DNA of 64,000 nt, taken from an uncultured bacterium. Its GTDB lineage: Bacteria; Bipolaricaulota; Bipolaricaulia; UBA7950; UBA9294. Positions 37,682-47,884 of this stretch are shown here, piece after piece. Location of the stretch: positions 66,511 to 130,510 of the forward strand of contig CAIOGO010000006.1 in NCBI GenBank assembly GCA_903857865.1. The letters are read 5' to 3'. The notes under the pieces are model-generated. The model had not been told where the DNA came from. It saw nothing but the letters and a program-made list of their open reading frames with translations, and searched no databases. Both the position numbers and the translations under genes were made by a program. Every line of letters begins with the position of its first letter. Within the stretch, counting starts at the first letter, position 1.

Positions 37682-38361
37682 GTCCCTCCTGCGCGCGCCT
37701 CGCGCACGGTCGCCCCGACGAGGCAGTCGAGGGCGTCGACCACCGGCAGACTCTCCCCCGCGTCGTAAAGGAGCGAGATCTCCGTGCAACCGACGAGGAG
37801 TCCCCTCGCGCCCTCATCTCGCAAGTGAGCGATGACTCGACGCAGTCGTGCCCGAAGCTCCTCCAGAGCCTGCCCGGCTTTCACCGCAGCGATCAGGCGC
37901 GTGATCTCCGCTTGGTCGGTCGCCCGCGGAACGACCGCGGCGATCTCGCGAGACCCGAGCACCTTCTGGTAGAGGCCGGCGCGGATCGCGGCTTCCGTGG
38001 CCAAGAGTCCCACACAGTCGACGTTCACGCAATCTGCCGCCTCCGCAAGCATGTCGAGCACTGAGATCGCCACCGCCTCGCGCACGGACTCGAGGTACGC
38101 GTGAGCGGTGTTGCACGGCATGGCAAGAATCTCCGCGCCCGAGCGCTCCAGGCCCCGCGCGATCACGCACAGCCGCGGAGCGGGGTCAGGTCCCCCGTGC
38201 AAGATCGCGTCGGTCCGACTGGGAATCGCCGGATCGCTGTCGACGAGCACGTGCAGGTGGTCGCTGTCTCGCTCCGCGGGGGTCGCGCGAACCAACCGCG
38301 CGAGGTACTCGACCGTCGCCGCCGGCCCCATGCCCCCGATCACGCCCACCACCTTCGACAT
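37678..38361 (-). CDS. Aspartate/glutamate racemase family protein
   Basis: MSKVVGVIGGMGPAATVEY... N-terminus. Two Cys-containing motifs (MPCNTAH and LVGCTE). AAGGAGG Shine-Dalgarno before ATG 38361. Confidence 0.8.
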   Translation of the reverse strand: MSKVVGVIGGMGPAATVEYLARLVRATPAERDSDHLHVLVDSDPAIPSRTDAILHGGPDPAPRLCVIARGLERSGAEILAMPCNTAHAYLESVREAVAISVLDMLAEAADCVNVDCVGLLATEAAIRAGLYQKVLGSREIAAVVPRATDQAEITRLIAAVKAGQALEELRARLRRVIAHLRDEGARGLLVGCTEISLLYDAGESLPVVDALDCLVGATVREARAGGT

Positions 38362-38443
38362 CGCCGCGCCTCCTTGCCCGCCACGAACGGCGGGAAGCGT
38401 ACGAAAAGGCGGATCCAGCCGCAACGAAGACCCACGGGTGGAA

Positions 38444-39397
38444 TTATCGATCGAACTGGACGAGGGCCGACGCGACGCAGCACGGCGGCGGAACGTCGAG
38501 AATCGGCGCGTAGTCGGAGAGCGAGAAGTGGAGGAGCCGACAGGCTCCCCCAGGACCCACCACGCCCGCAAGGACAGGGAGGATCTCCCGTTGATCGTTG
38601 CGCAAACGTTCCACGGAGAGCCTGTAGGCCAGATCGAGATCCCCGCGGAGCGCCGCCGCGAGCGCGCTTTCCACCTCGCGCTGCAGCACGGGTTCTGCGT
38701 CGCCGGCGTCGCGGCAGCCGAAGGCCGAGAGCGGCGATCCATAGTGGGCCCCGCAGTGGACAAGATCGCCGGTCGCGACGATCGCCGTGCCGGCGCGGGC
38801 CACGTCGCGGAGCCACTGGGCGAGGCGCTCGGCGACGTCGAAGGCTCCCGTTTCGGGGTCGCGGGTGACGCCGACGTAGAGCGGTAGGACCGGGATCGCG
38901 TCGCTCCCTCGGTCCGCGGCGAACGCCGCGGACAACGCGAGGAACGAATCGAGCGAGAACTCGTCGCGCAGCATTCCGCCGGCGGCGCGGCGCACGAGGC
39001 CGGACCCTGGCGGCACCGTCAACAGGAGCGCGCGCCCGAGCGGCGTGTCCGCCGCGCTCGGGGCGGCCAGGAAGCCGCCGGACGCCGCGTTGAATGCCTC
39101 TCGCCGTTCGGCCGGGGATGCCGCTGTGTCCTGGGCGACTCGAACCGCCGGGACCACGCCACCGTGGACGACGCCCAGCGCCAGGACACGTCGGACGCCG
39201 GCGCCGTACAGCGCGCGAAGGATGGACGCCTGGAGAGCGCCCGCATATCGGAGTGCCGTGTGGGGGAAGGAGAGGATGGCGCCGCAGTGCACGGACTCGA
39301 CAAGAGCGTTGTTGGGCGGCTCAGCAAGCCACCGTGCGACCTGCTCCGCCGCGTCAGACCTCCGCCACTCTGCCGTGTAGTAGGCTTTCCAGTCCAC
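38444..39397 (-). CDS. Hypothetical protein, possibly Memo-like (AmmeMemoRadiSam-B) or a class III dioxygenase fold
   Basis: SFPHTALRYAG and GDLVHCGAHYG resemble Memo-family His motifs. Assignment is weak. Confidence 0.35.
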   Translation of the reverse strand: MDWKAYYTAEWRRSDAAEQVARWLAEPPNNALVESVHCGAILSFPHTALRYAGALQASILRALYGAGVRRVLALGVVHGGVVPAVRVAQDTAASPAERREAFNAASGGFLAAPSAADTPLGRALLLTVPPGSGLVRRAAGGMLRDEFSLDSFLALSAAFAADRGSDAIPVLPLYVGVTRDPETGAFDVAERLAQWLRDVARAGTAIVATGDLVHCGAHYGSPLSAFGCRDAGDAEPVLQREVESALAAALRGDLDLAYRLSVERLRNDQREILPVLAGVVGPGGACRLLHFSLSDYAPILDVPPPCCVASALVQFDR

Positions 39398-39597
39398 GTC
39401 ACCATTCCCCAGAGAAAGGGATTGCCAGCGCTCGCCCTAGAAAGGAGCGAGCGAAGCGGCTCACGCCTCTCCGCTCGCTCTGGCACCGGGTGGTGCTAGC
39501 TGTCTGTACCGGGATCATGCCATCGGTCCCCTGTCAGCCTTAGGGAGTACGTCCCCGTTCCCGGGGACAGCGGTCACGGGCGGAAAGCAGCGCAGGG

Positions 39598-40983
39598 CTA
39601 GTGAGAGTCGCGCAGAAACGCGTCGATGGCGCTGGCTGCGCGCTTTCCGGCCCCCATCGCCTCGATCACCGTGGCGGCTCCCGTCACAATGTCCCCGCCG
39701 GCGTAGACGCCGCACAGGCTAGTCGCACCTGTCTTCTGATCGGCCACGATGTTGCCCCACCGATTGAGCTCAAGTCCGGGCGTCGTCTGGAGGACGAGCG
39801 GGTGAGGTCCGTTCCCTACGGCAATCACGACGGTGTCCGCGTCGATGTCGAATTCGGACGACGGTACGGGCACCGGCCGGCGGCGTCCGCTCTCGTCGGA
39901 TTCCCCGAGCTCCATGCGAAGGCAGCGCACGCTCGAGACGCGTCCCCGCTCGCCCAGGAGCGCGACGGGATTCGTGAGGAGGCGCAACTGTACGCCCTCT
40001 TCCTTCGCGTGGTGGACTTCCTCGCGCCGTGCGGGGAGCTCGTCCTCGCTCCGCCGGTAGACGATGATAGACTCCTCCGCTCCGAGCCGGAGGGCCGTTC
40101 GCGCGGAGTCCATGGCGACGTTCCCGCCCCCCACGGTGACCACGCGGCGACCGAGGCGAAGCGGGGTGTCGTACTCCGGGAAGCGGTAGGCGCGCATGAG
40201 ATTCGTGCGCGTCAGGAACTCGTTCGCAGAGTAGATCCCGTTCAGGCTCTCTCCCGGAATGCCGAGGAACTGCGGCAATCCTGCTCCCGTGCCGATGAAG
40301 ACCGCATCGAACCCTTTCGCCAGCATCTCGCCGACCGTGGTCACGCGGCCGATGACCTCGTTCACCCGGATGCGGACGCCCATCCGGCACAGGCCGTCGA
40401 TCTCGCGCTTCACGATGGCCTTGGGAAGCCGGAACTCCGGAATGCCGTACATGAGAACGCCCCCCGCGACGTGCAGGAGCTCAAAGACCGTCACATCGTG
40501 TCCGCGCTTGCGCAGTTCGCCGGCCGCCGTGAGCCCGGCCGGGCCGGCGCCGATCACGGCCACCCGCTTTCCCGTGTCCGGAGCCATCGGGGCGCAGCAC
40601 GCCTCGTGCTCGCTCTCCCAATCGGCGCAGAACCGCTCGAGACGCCCGATGCCGACGGGCTCGAACCGCTTCCCCAGGGTGCACACACCCTGACACTGCG
40701 TCTCCTGCGGGCAGACGCGCCCGCACACCGCCGGCAGGGCGTTCGACACCTTGATCACGGAGATGGCCTGCGCGACGTCGCGCGCGGCCACGGCTCGGAT
40801 GAAGGCCGGGATATCGATCCCCACCGGGCACCCCTGCACGCACGGCGCATTGCGGCATTGGAGGCAACGAGCCGCCTCCTCCGCCGCCTCCACCTCGCTG
40901 TAGCCGAGTGCCACTTCCTCGAAATTGCGGATGCGGACAGCCGGTGGCTGCTCGCGCATCGGAACCTGCTTCTCTCGAATCAT
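39598..40983 (-). CDS. nfnB: NfnB / GltD-like NADPH-dependent oxidoreductase beta subunit (FAD, 2x[4Fe-4S])
   Basis: CLQCRNAPCVQGCPVGIDIP Fe-S motif. VAVIGAGPAGLTAAGEL FAD/NAD Rossmann folds. ATG at 40983 overlaps the nfnA stop as ATGA. Confidence 0.85.
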   Translation of the reverse strand: MIREKQVPMREQPPAVRIRNFEEVALGYSEVEAAEEAARCLQCRNAPCVQGCPVGIDIPAFIRAVAARDVAQAISVIKVSNALPAVCGRVCPQETQCQGVCTLGKRFEPVGIGRLERFCADWESEHEACCAPMAPDTGKRVAVIGAGPAGLTAAGELRKRGHDVTVFELLHVAGGVLMYGIPEFRLPKAIVKREIDGLCRMGVRIRVNEVIGRVTTVGEMLAKGFDAVFIGTGAGLPQFLGIPGESLNGIYSANEFLTRTNLMRAYRFPEYDTPLRLGRRVVTVGGGNVAMDSARTALRLGAEESIIVYRRSEDELPARREEVHHAKEEGVQLRLLTNPVALLGERGRVSSVRCLRMELGESDESGRRRPVPVPSSEFDIDADTVVIAVGNGPHPLVLQTTPGLELNRWGNIVADQKTGATSLCGVYAGGDIVTGAATVIEAMGAGKRAASAIDAFLRDSH

Positions 40984-41828
40984 GACGTCGATGCGTCCTT
41001 TCGCGTCGCGAGGTATCGCTCGAGCGAGCACGCCTCCTCTTCGGCGTAGAACTTCTGCCTCGACATCAGGAGATCGAAGTCCACGCCATGGCCGTCGAAC
41101 TCGGGCCCGTCGACGCAGGCGAACTTGGTAGCCCCGGCGACCTCGACGCGACATCCGCCGCACATCCCGGTCCCGTCAATCATGACCGAGTTCAGACTGA
41201 CAATCGTCGGCACGCCGAACTCCTTCGTCACCGCGACGCACACTTTCATCATGATCGCCGGCCCGATCGCCCAAGCGCGAGCCACGTCGCGGCGCGTCGA
41301 CAGCACGTCGCGCAGCGCGTCGCTCACGTAGCCCTTGCGACCGTACGAGCCGTCGTCGGTCATGACGCGGAGCTCGTCGCAGACAGCGGCCATGCGATCC
41401 TCGTAGAAGACGAGGTCGCGATTCCGTGCGCCGATGATGCCGATGACTGTGTTCCCCGCCTTCTTGAGATCACGCACGATGGGGTAGAGAGGAGCGATGC
41501 CCAGTCCTCCTCCGACGCACACCACCGTTCCGAAACGCTCGATGTCCGAGGGAAGTCCAAGAGGACCCGCAAGATCGAGCACGCTGTCGCCCTTGTGGAA
41601 GCGCTCGCCCATCTCGCGCGTGCTCTTGCCGACCTCCTGCACAACAAGCGTCACTCCGCCGGTCGCTGGGTCGCAGTCGACGATCGTCAGCGGGATCCGC
41701 TCGCCGCGCTCGTGAAGCCGCAACACGACGAATTGCCCCGCCCTGCCGACTCGCGCGACGTCAGGAGCATGGATGACATACTCCTGGATTCCGGGGCCGA
41801 GCGGCCGCTTCGCGAGGATCTCGTACAC
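40980..41828 (-). CDS. nfnA: NfnA / PyrK-like ferredoxin-NADP+ reductase subunit
   Basis: FAD-binding barrel (GQFVVLRL...RIPLTI). C-terminal Cys cluster CGGCRVEVAGATKFACVDGPEF. Confidence 0.8.
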   Translation of the reverse strand: MYEILAKRPLGPGIQEYVIHAPDVARVGRAGQFVVLRLHERGERIPLTIVDCDPATGGVTLVVQEVGKSTREMGERFHKGDSVLDLAGPLGLPSDIERFGTVVCVGGGLGIAPLYPIVRDLKKAGNTVIGIIGARNRDLVFYEDRMAAVCDELRVMTDDGSYGRKGYVSDALRDVLSTRRDVARAWAIGPAIMMKVCVAVTKEFGVPTIVSLNSVMIDGTGMCGGCRVEVAGATKFACVDGPEFDGHGVDFDLLMSRQKFYAEEEACSLERYLATRKDASTS

Positions 41829-41919
41829 GGTTCCTCCTTCGCCTCCGTCGAGGCGGATTCTGCACGGGCTCGATCAGGCACGCAACCCGCTAGAGGCATA
41901 CAATGTCGCCGGTGACGCT

Positions 41920-42558
41920 ATGCGATACTACGTGGAATCGGACGGTCGCATCTTTCTGGTTCGCAAGAACGGAGCGCTCGACCTTCCGACGCCGAACGAG
42001 GTTCCGTTCCCGGTCGAATGCATTGCCCCGCTCGCGGCAGGCGAGGATGTGTGGTTCTGCGTCCCTCGTCTTGCGGAGCATCCGAGTCACTGGCCCAGCA
42101 AGGACGATGTCGCACGGCTCCCGGACATCACCCCAGTCGTCCGCGAGGCCGTCCACGCCACGATGCCGCGCGTCGTCGTCGAAGGTATCTGCATCGAGGG
42201 CGACTGCGTCTTGTTGGTCAAGGGCAGTCGCGGGCTGAACGACGGGCGCTGGTCGTTGCCCGGGGGGTTCCTCCGCTTCGGCGAAACGCCGGAAGCCGGC
42301 ATCTTGCGGGAGATCCGCGAGGAAGTGGGGGCGGAGGCGAAGATCCTGCGCTTCGTTAGCGTGCACGGGAGGCTTGGCCAGAAGACGGGGCTGCACTGGA
42401 TCATGCTCTTCTACCGCACCGCCCTGTGCGGACAGCCGCGGCCCGACCCGGACGAGATCGCCGAAGCGCGCTACGTCCCTCTCCACGAGGCTCCGGCCAT
42501 GCTCCACGACCTCGCGATGGCGGACGCCGTCCGCCGCGAAGCGTCGACGCATTGCTAG
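41920..42558 (+). CDS. NUDIX hydrolase
   Basis: Nudix box GGFLRFGETPEAGILREIREEVG. Confidence 0.8.
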   Translation: MRYYVESDGRIFLVRKNGALDLPTPNEVPFPVECIAPLAAGEDVWFCVPRLAEHPSHWPSKDDVARLPDITPVVREAVHATMPRVVVEGICIEGDCVLLVKGSRGLNDGRWSLPGGFLRFGETPEAGILREIREEVGAEAKILRFVSVHGRLGQKTGLHWIMLFYRTALCGQPRPDPDEIAEARYVPLHEAPAMLHDLAMADAVRREASTHC

Positions 42559-42567
42559 GCGCCCCAG

Positions 42568-43683
42568 CTAGAGTAGTTGGATGCTCAGGCCAAGGCGGAT
42601 GTCGACGCTCCATTCGAGGTAGTACGGACGGTGCTCGAGTGACACCGCAAGGGTGACGTCGGCAGTGTCCAGCGGCGTGAGAACGATATTCAGTACGATG
42701 CGATGGACGTCGGTGGGAATACTCGCCCACGTCTCGCGCGAGAACGCATACGTCGCCTCCATGTTCAGAAACTCCGAGACGAGGTAATCGACCTCCGCAT
42801 CCAGATCGATGCGGTTCGTGGTGAAGATCGCCGGGGGACCGGAGATGCTGCCGTTGAGCAGGAGCTGAGCGTTGGGGGCCGTCGTGAATGCGTAGTTGAA
42901 GGCGGCCGTGACCAAGAGGTCGTTCGTTCCGCCGGATGGGTCGAGGATTTCGTACCCGACTCCGAGTTTGCCATCCCAGCCGCAGTACCTCGAGAAGCTG
43001 GCATCGGTGAGCAGGTCCGTAATCTTCGAGAGATCCAGAGCATCCACTCCCCCCGGTCGCACGTAGCCCGAACTCTCGATGATCTCCTGAACGACGGAGA
43101 GAAGGTCGGCGGTCGACTTGTAGGTCTCCTTGCTGCCGATTTCGTACGCAAGGATCTCCAGGTCGGCAGATCGCAGGTGATCGGTCAGCGTGCCGCGGCG
43201 CACGAGGGTCTCGTCGATGCGCGTGGCGGTCGCCAGCGGCGTCACGTCCGTGAATCGGCCGACCCCAAGGCCGAGGTTCACGGAGACGCCCAGCGACGCG
43301 AACGACGACGAACTCCGCGCGCTCGCGCCGGCGAACGCGAAGGCGTCGCCTTCGGAGGCAAGGTACTGCTTGTAGTTGCCATCGGCGATCGTGGAGTAGC
43401 TCGAGACGTCGAGAAGCGAGATCTCGAACTGATTCGCCAGTCCAATGTCGAAGCCGTACTCCGCAGTGTCGTAGAGCCGCTTGTAGTCCACGATGAACTG
43501 GCCGGCGTTCTCGTCCCGGTCCTTCGACCCGTACGGGTCGTTGGCGTACTGGTACGAGAACGACATGACTAAGTCCGAGAGGTCGGTCAGAGGAGATCGG
43601 TAACTGCACAACGGCATCGCCTGCGACGCGAGACAGACTGCGAGAAGCCCAACCAACACCGCCACTGCGCCCCTCATCCGCAT
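42568..43683 (-). CDS. Hypothetical outer-membrane (beta-barrel-like) protein
   Basis: MRMRGAVAVLVGLLAVCLASQA signal peptide. Alternating amphipathic beta pattern, ending ...IRLGLSIQLL. GGTGAGGTG Shine-Dalgarno. Confidence 0.5.
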   Translation of the reverse strand: MRMRGAVAVLVGLLAVCLASQAMPLCSYRSPLTDLSDLVMSFSYQYANDPYGSKDRDENAGQFIVDYKRLYDTAEYGFDIGLANQFEISLLDVSSYSTIADGNYKQYLASEGDAFAFAGASARSSSSFASLGVSVNLGLGVGRFTDVTPLATATRIDETLVRRGTLTDHLRSADLEILAYEIGSKETYKSTADLLSVVQEIIESSGYVRPGGVDALDLSKITDLLTDASFSRYCGWDGKLGVGYEILDPSGGTNDLLVTAAFNYAFTTAPNAQLLLNGSISGPPAIFTTNRIDLDAEVDYLVSEFLNMEATYAFSRETWASIPTDVHRIVLNIVLTPLDTADVTLAVSLEHRPYYLEWSVDIRLGLSIQLL

Positions 43684-43699
43684 CACCTCACCGGCAACT

Positions 43700-44848
43700 C
43701 TAGAGAGGAGATCGGTCCCTGCCCATCGATTCCTTCCCCATCCAAGGTGCCTGCTGTCCCCGTTCCAGTATGCTCGCCGGGACACCATCAAAGAGCGACA
43801 GCTGTCGCGTCGCGGCGACCCCGAGTCTGGAAACCCCCACGCCGAGGAGGCGAACCCCACGTTCGTCGAGTTCGGCACGCTGACGCAGAAGATGCACCGC
43901 CAGCGTCTCGATCAAGCCCTCCGAGTCCGTGGCCACAGGCAGTTTCACCTGGCGCGTGATCGTCCGAAAGTCGGGGTAGCGGATCTTGATGCGGACCGTG
44001 CGGCACAGCATCGACGCCGCGCGCAATTGCCCCGCGACATGGCGTGCCAGTCGCCGCACTTCGTCCTCGATCTCCTCGGCGCGAAGGAGGTCCACGGCAT
44101 ACGTCACTTCGCGCGACATGGACACCGATTCGGACTCCCCGGCAATCGGCGTGTCGTCCTCGCCGCGGGCCAGCTCGTGTAGTCGCACGCCCATGCGCCC
44201 GAACTCGCGCTCAAGGAGCTCGACGGGCGCCGTACGCACGTCGGCGATGCGAAGGAGTCCGAGCCCGCGCAGCCGCCGCTCCGTGACGTCGCCGACGCCC
44301 CACATCTTGCCGATGGGGAGGGGGTCGAGGATCTCACGCACTCGCTCGGGACGAATCACAAGGAACCCATCGGGCTTGGAGAGATCGGACCCCATCTTCG
44401 CCAGAAAGCGGTTCGGCGCAACCCCCACCGAGCAGGTGAGCTGAGTCTCCCGCTGAACCTCCTGTTTCGCGGCCAACGCAACCGCCATCGCGGCCGCGCC
44501 GTGCTCCGACACGTCGAAGAACGCCTCGTCGAGCGACACCGTCTCGAGCACCGGCGACACACGGAGCAGGACCTCCCGAACGCGCGCGGAGATCTCGCAG
44601 TACCGTTCGAACCGAGGCGGGACGAAGACGCCGTCCGGACACCGCTTGCGCGCCATAGCCATCGGCATCGCGCTGTGCACCCCAAACCGGCGCGCCTCGT
44701 ACGACGCCGTGGCGACGACGCCGCGAGAACCGAGTCCACCGACGATCACGGGCTTCCCACGGAACTTCGGCTCATCGAGCTGTTCCACCGCGGCGAAGAA
44801 GGCATCCATGTCGAGATGACCGATCCACCGCTCGCTGGACGCATCCAC
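43700..44848 (-). CDS. dinB: DNA polymerase IV
   Basis: HLDMDAFFAAVE, SLDEAFFDV and GVGPNRFLAKMGSDL... match Y-family polymerase motifs. Confidence 0.9.
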   Translation of the reverse strand: MDASSERWIGHLDMDAFFAAVEQLDEPKFRGKPVIVGGLGSRGVVATASYEARRFGVHSAMPMAMARKRCPDGVFVPPRFERYCEISARVREVLLRVSPVLETVSLDEAFFDVSEHGAAAMAVALAAKQEVQRETQLTCSVGVAPNRFLAKMGSDLSKPDGFLVIRPERVREILDPLPIGKMWGVGDVTERRLRGLGLLRIADVRTAPVELLEREFGRMGVRLHELARGEDDTPIAGESESVSMSREVTYAVDLLRAEEIEDEVRRLARHVAGQLRAASMLCRTVRIKIRYPDFRTITRQVKLPVATDSEGLIETLAVHLLRQRAELDERGVRLLGVGVSRLGVAATRQLSLFDGVPASILERGQQAPWMGKESMGRDRSPL

Positions 44849-44946
44849 AGTGCCTCCTCTATCACACGGCGACGCGGCGCGCTCGATCGAAGCTCTGCAA
44901 CGCGTAACCCGCTTCGCTCACGAGAAAGAGGGTAGAATCGCGCCCC

Positions 44947-45498
44947 ATGGCGATCAAGGGGCGCGTAGCAATCACAGGACGACCAGGCGTGGGGAAGACC
45001 ACGCTCATCGAGCGCATTCTCCCCCTCGTCTCCGCGACCTACGGCGGCTTCCTGACGAAGGAGGTCCGCAAGTGCGGACACCGCGTGGGATTCGCGCTCG
45101 TCGATCTCGGGACCGGAGAAGAGTGCCTCTTCGCTCGCGTCCACTCCTCCGCTGGGACGAAGTTCGGACGCTACGCCGTCGACATCGGAGCCGTCGAGCG
45201 GGTGGGCGTTCCAGCAATTCTTCGCGCCATCGAAACGAAGGAGCTCGTCGTCATCGACGAGATCGCGCCGATGGAGCTCTCCGCTCTCGGCTTCGTCGCC
45301 GCCGTTGAACAGGCGTTGGCGAGCGACAGGGCCCTTCTCATCGCCACGCACGCCCACGCCACGCACCCGGTCGCCGACCGCGCGAGGCAGGAGTTGCAGC
45401 TCGTCCGCATCCGCCTCGGGAACCGAGACAGCCTTGTCGACACCATCGTCGCCCTGCTGTCCGGCGACGCTACGCTTGCGCCGCCTGCCAATCCTTGA
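44947..45498 (+). CDS. NTPase (THEP1/COG1618 family)
   Basis: [18 protein letters not shown] Walker A. About 180 aa. DExx-like [10 protein letters not shown]. Confidence 0.7.
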   Translation: MAIKGRVAITGRPGVGKTTLIERILPLVSATYGGFLTKEVRKCGHRVGFALVDLGTGEECLFARVHSSAGTKFGRYAVDIGAVERVGVPAILRAIETKELVVIDEIAPMELSALGFVAAVEQALASDRALLIATHAHATHPVADRARQELQLVRIRLGNRDSLVDTIVALLSGDATLAPPANP

Positions 45499-46108
45499 GG
45501 AAACGCTCGACGCCGACGTCCGTCAGGGGGTGCCGGAAAAGCTGCTTCAGCACCGCATGCGGCACGGTGGCAATGTCCGCGCCGAGAGACGCCGCCTCGA
45601 ACACGTGCCTGGGGTGACGAACGCTGGCGACGATGATCTCGGTCGGGAACACGTAGTTCTGGAAGACATCGAGAATGTCCGAGATGAGGTCCATCCCCCC
45701 GCCGCCCACATCGTCGACACGGCCCACGAACGGCGACACGTAGGACGCGCCGCACTTGGCCGCAACCAGCGCTTGGTTCGCCGAGAAGACGAGGGTGACG
45801 TTCGTCCGAATCCCCTCCGAGGACAGCGTTCGCACGGCCTTCATCCCCTGTTCGGTCATCGGGACCTTGATCACCACGTTCTTGTGAATGCGCGCGAGCG
45901 GCCGCGCCTCGCGCACCATCTCGTCGGCTACGAGCGACATCACCTCCGCGCTCACCGGGCCGTCGACCAGCTCGCACAGCCGCGCGATCGTCTCCTCGAA
46001 CGGAACCTTCTCCCGCGCCACGAGGCTCGGGTTCGTCGTCACCCCGTCGACCAACCACGCCAGCTCGCGCACCTCGTCGAGATTCGCAGAATCGATGAAC
46101 AGCTTCAT
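45470..46108 (-). CDS. tal: Transaldolase / fructose-6-phosphate aldolase (short Tal/Fsa type)
   Basis: [13 protein letters not shown]...GVTTNPSL...NVVIKVP... with the Schiff-base Lys context. GGGAGG Shine-Dalgarno. Confidence 0.85.
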   Translation of the reverse strand: MKLFIDSANLDEVRELAWLVDGVTTNPSLVAREKVPFEETIARLCELVDGPVSAEVMSLVADEMVREARPLARIHKNVVIKVPMTEQGMKAVRTLSSEGIRTNVTLVFSANQALVAAKCGASYVSPFVGRVDDVGGGGMDLISDILDVFQNYVFPTEIIVASVRHPRHVFEAASLGADIATVPHAVLKQLFRHPLTDVGVERFLKDWQAAQA

Positions 46109-46241
46109 GCTGCCTCCCTGTTCGCATTGCGCTCGCGGCCGAGTGTATCGGCTCCCGCGCCTCCCTCCCACAGACGCCGCTACGAACAACCTTGAAGGGC
46201 TCCCCGGCGGAAGCTACGGTATGACTGGAGAGGAGAGAGAC

Positions 46242-47630
46242 ATGGCATACGACGTACTCATCATCGGAGGCGGACCGGGGGGCTATGTCTGCGCCCTGCG
46301 TTCGGCGCACCTCGGGCTCCGCGTTGCGCTTGTCGAGGAGAAGGAGCTTGGCGGAGTGTGCCTTCACTGGGGCTGCATTCCCACGAAGGCGCTGTACGCT
46401 GCAACGCGCCTCATCCATCAGGCGTCGACGGCGACGGAGATGGGAATCGCGTTTGCTCCCCCCAGCCTCGATCTGCCCCGCCTGGCGGCGTGGAAAGAGA
46501 GTGTCACCGCGCGCCTCGCCGGCGGGATCGTCGACCTGATGAAGGCAGCCAACGTCGACGTCGTACGCGGCCGAGGCCGCCTCATCGGACCCCGAGAGGT
46601 CGCCGTGTCGACCGGGGAGACCCTGCGTGCGGACCGCATCGTCCTTGCGACGGGATCCCGACCGATTGAGATCAACGGATTCCCGTTCTCCCACCCCCGT
46701 GTCTGGTCGTCGGACGATGCTCTCCGCCTCGACGAGATCCCGCAGCGCTTGGCGGTGATCGGCGGAGGAGTCATCGGCGTGGAGTTGGCCGCGATCTACC
46801 GGCGGCTCGGGAGCGACGTGACCGTCGTCGAGCTTCTGCCCGATATTCTCGCCGCCCTCGGACTCGACCGGCGGGCCACGGCCGTTGTGAAGAAGGGACT
46901 CACCCTGGCCGGAGTTCGCGTCCTGAACGGGGTGAGTGCCACGTCGTTCGTGGAGGAAGAAGGGGACGGCCTCAAGATCACGCTCAGCGACGGGACTGCG
47001 CTCGCCGCAGATCGCGTCCTCGTCGCCGTCGGCCGCCGCCCGAATTCATCCGACCTCGGGCTCGAGACCATCGGCGTCGAGCCCGACCGCCGCGGCGCAA
47101 TCCCGGTCAGCACGCGCTGCGAGACGTCGGCTCCCGGCGTGTACGCAATCGGCGACGTGGTCCCAGGGCCGATGCTGGCGCACAAGGCGTCGGCCGACGG
47201 CATCGTCGTCGCGCACGCGATGGCCGGCGACGCCCACGCCGCCACACCGGCCGAGCTCATTCCCCAGGTGGTCTTCACCGATCCCGAGATCGCGTCCGTC
47301 GGTCTCTCCGAGACGGCGGCCCGCGCCGCCGGGGGTGAGGTCGCTGTCGGCCGGTTTGCCTACGCCGGGCTCGGGAAAGCGCTTGGAATGCGAGAGACGG
47401 AGGGCTTCTTCCAGGTCGTTGCCGATGCGGCCGACCACCGCATCCTCGGCGTCACGATCGTCGGCGCCGAAGCCTCGGATCTCCTCGCCGAGGGAGTGCT
47501 CGCCGTGCGCCACGGCCTCACGCTGGAACAGGTCGCGGAGACCGTCCACGCGCACCCCACGTTGCCCGAGGGCTTCCACGAGGCCGTCGAGAATGCCCTT
47601 GGCTGCGGCATCCATACGGTCAAACGCTGA
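46242..47630 (+). CDS. lpd: Dihydrolipoyl dehydrogenase (E3)
   Basis: YDVLIIGGGPGGY FAD motif. GGVCLHWGCIPTK redox-active disulfide. NAD motif and C-terminal HAHPTLPE dimerisation motif. GGAGAGGAGAGAGAC Shine-Dalgarno. Confidence 0.9.
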   Translation: MAYDVLIIGGGPGGYVCALRSAHLGLRVALVEEKELGGVCLHWGCIPTKALYAATRLIHQASTATEMGIAFAPPSLDLPRLAAWKESVTARLAGGIVDLMKAANVDVVRGRGRLIGPREVAVSTGETLRADRIVLATGSRPIEINGFPFSHPRVWSSDDALRLDEIPQRLAVIGGGVIGVELAAIYRRLGSDVTVVELLPDILAALGLDRRATAVVKKGLTLAGVRVLNGVSATSFVEEEGDGLKITLSDGTALAADRVLVAVGRRPNSSDLGLETIGVEPDRRGAIPVSTRCETSAPGVYAIGDVVPGPMLAHKASADGIVVAHAMAGDAHAATPAELIPQVVFTDPEIASVGLSETAARAAGGEVAVGRFAYAGLGKALGMRETEGFFQVVADAADHRILGVTIVGAEASDLLAEGVLAVRHGLTLEQVAETVHAHPTLPEGFHEAVENALGCGIHTVKR

Positions 47631-47884
47631 GCCGCTGGCCGCTGGCTCCTTCGGCCAGCGGCGAGAGAGAACCCCTGCGGGCTTCTTTGGTCTCCATCAG
47701 GACGGTCACAGAGGCTCTTCTTCCTAGCTGCCCCGCGTCTGAGGACAAAGAGAAAGCCATCAGTTCGTAGAACCGATGGTCTTCTCCCAAGCTACCGACC
47801 CTACGGGCAAAGCCAGAAGAAGCGCTGCCTGTCCCACGAACAGGCAGCACTTCTTCCCAGCCGTCGTTCCGCAAGACCGACGGC

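Noticed and set aside
37682-38763. Longer ORFs for the M20 hydrolase (start 37789) and Asp racemase (start 38763)
   Set aside because: The extensions are low-complexity. Internal starts 37681 (ATGA overlap) and 38361 (AAGGAGG Shine-Dalgarno) give family-typical lengths of 393 and 227 aa.
45171-46694. 507-aa minus-strand ORF
   Set aside because: It is antisense to lpd and the Tal upstream region and is Arg/Gly-rich garbage. The plus-strand lpd has FAD, disulfide and NAD motifs.
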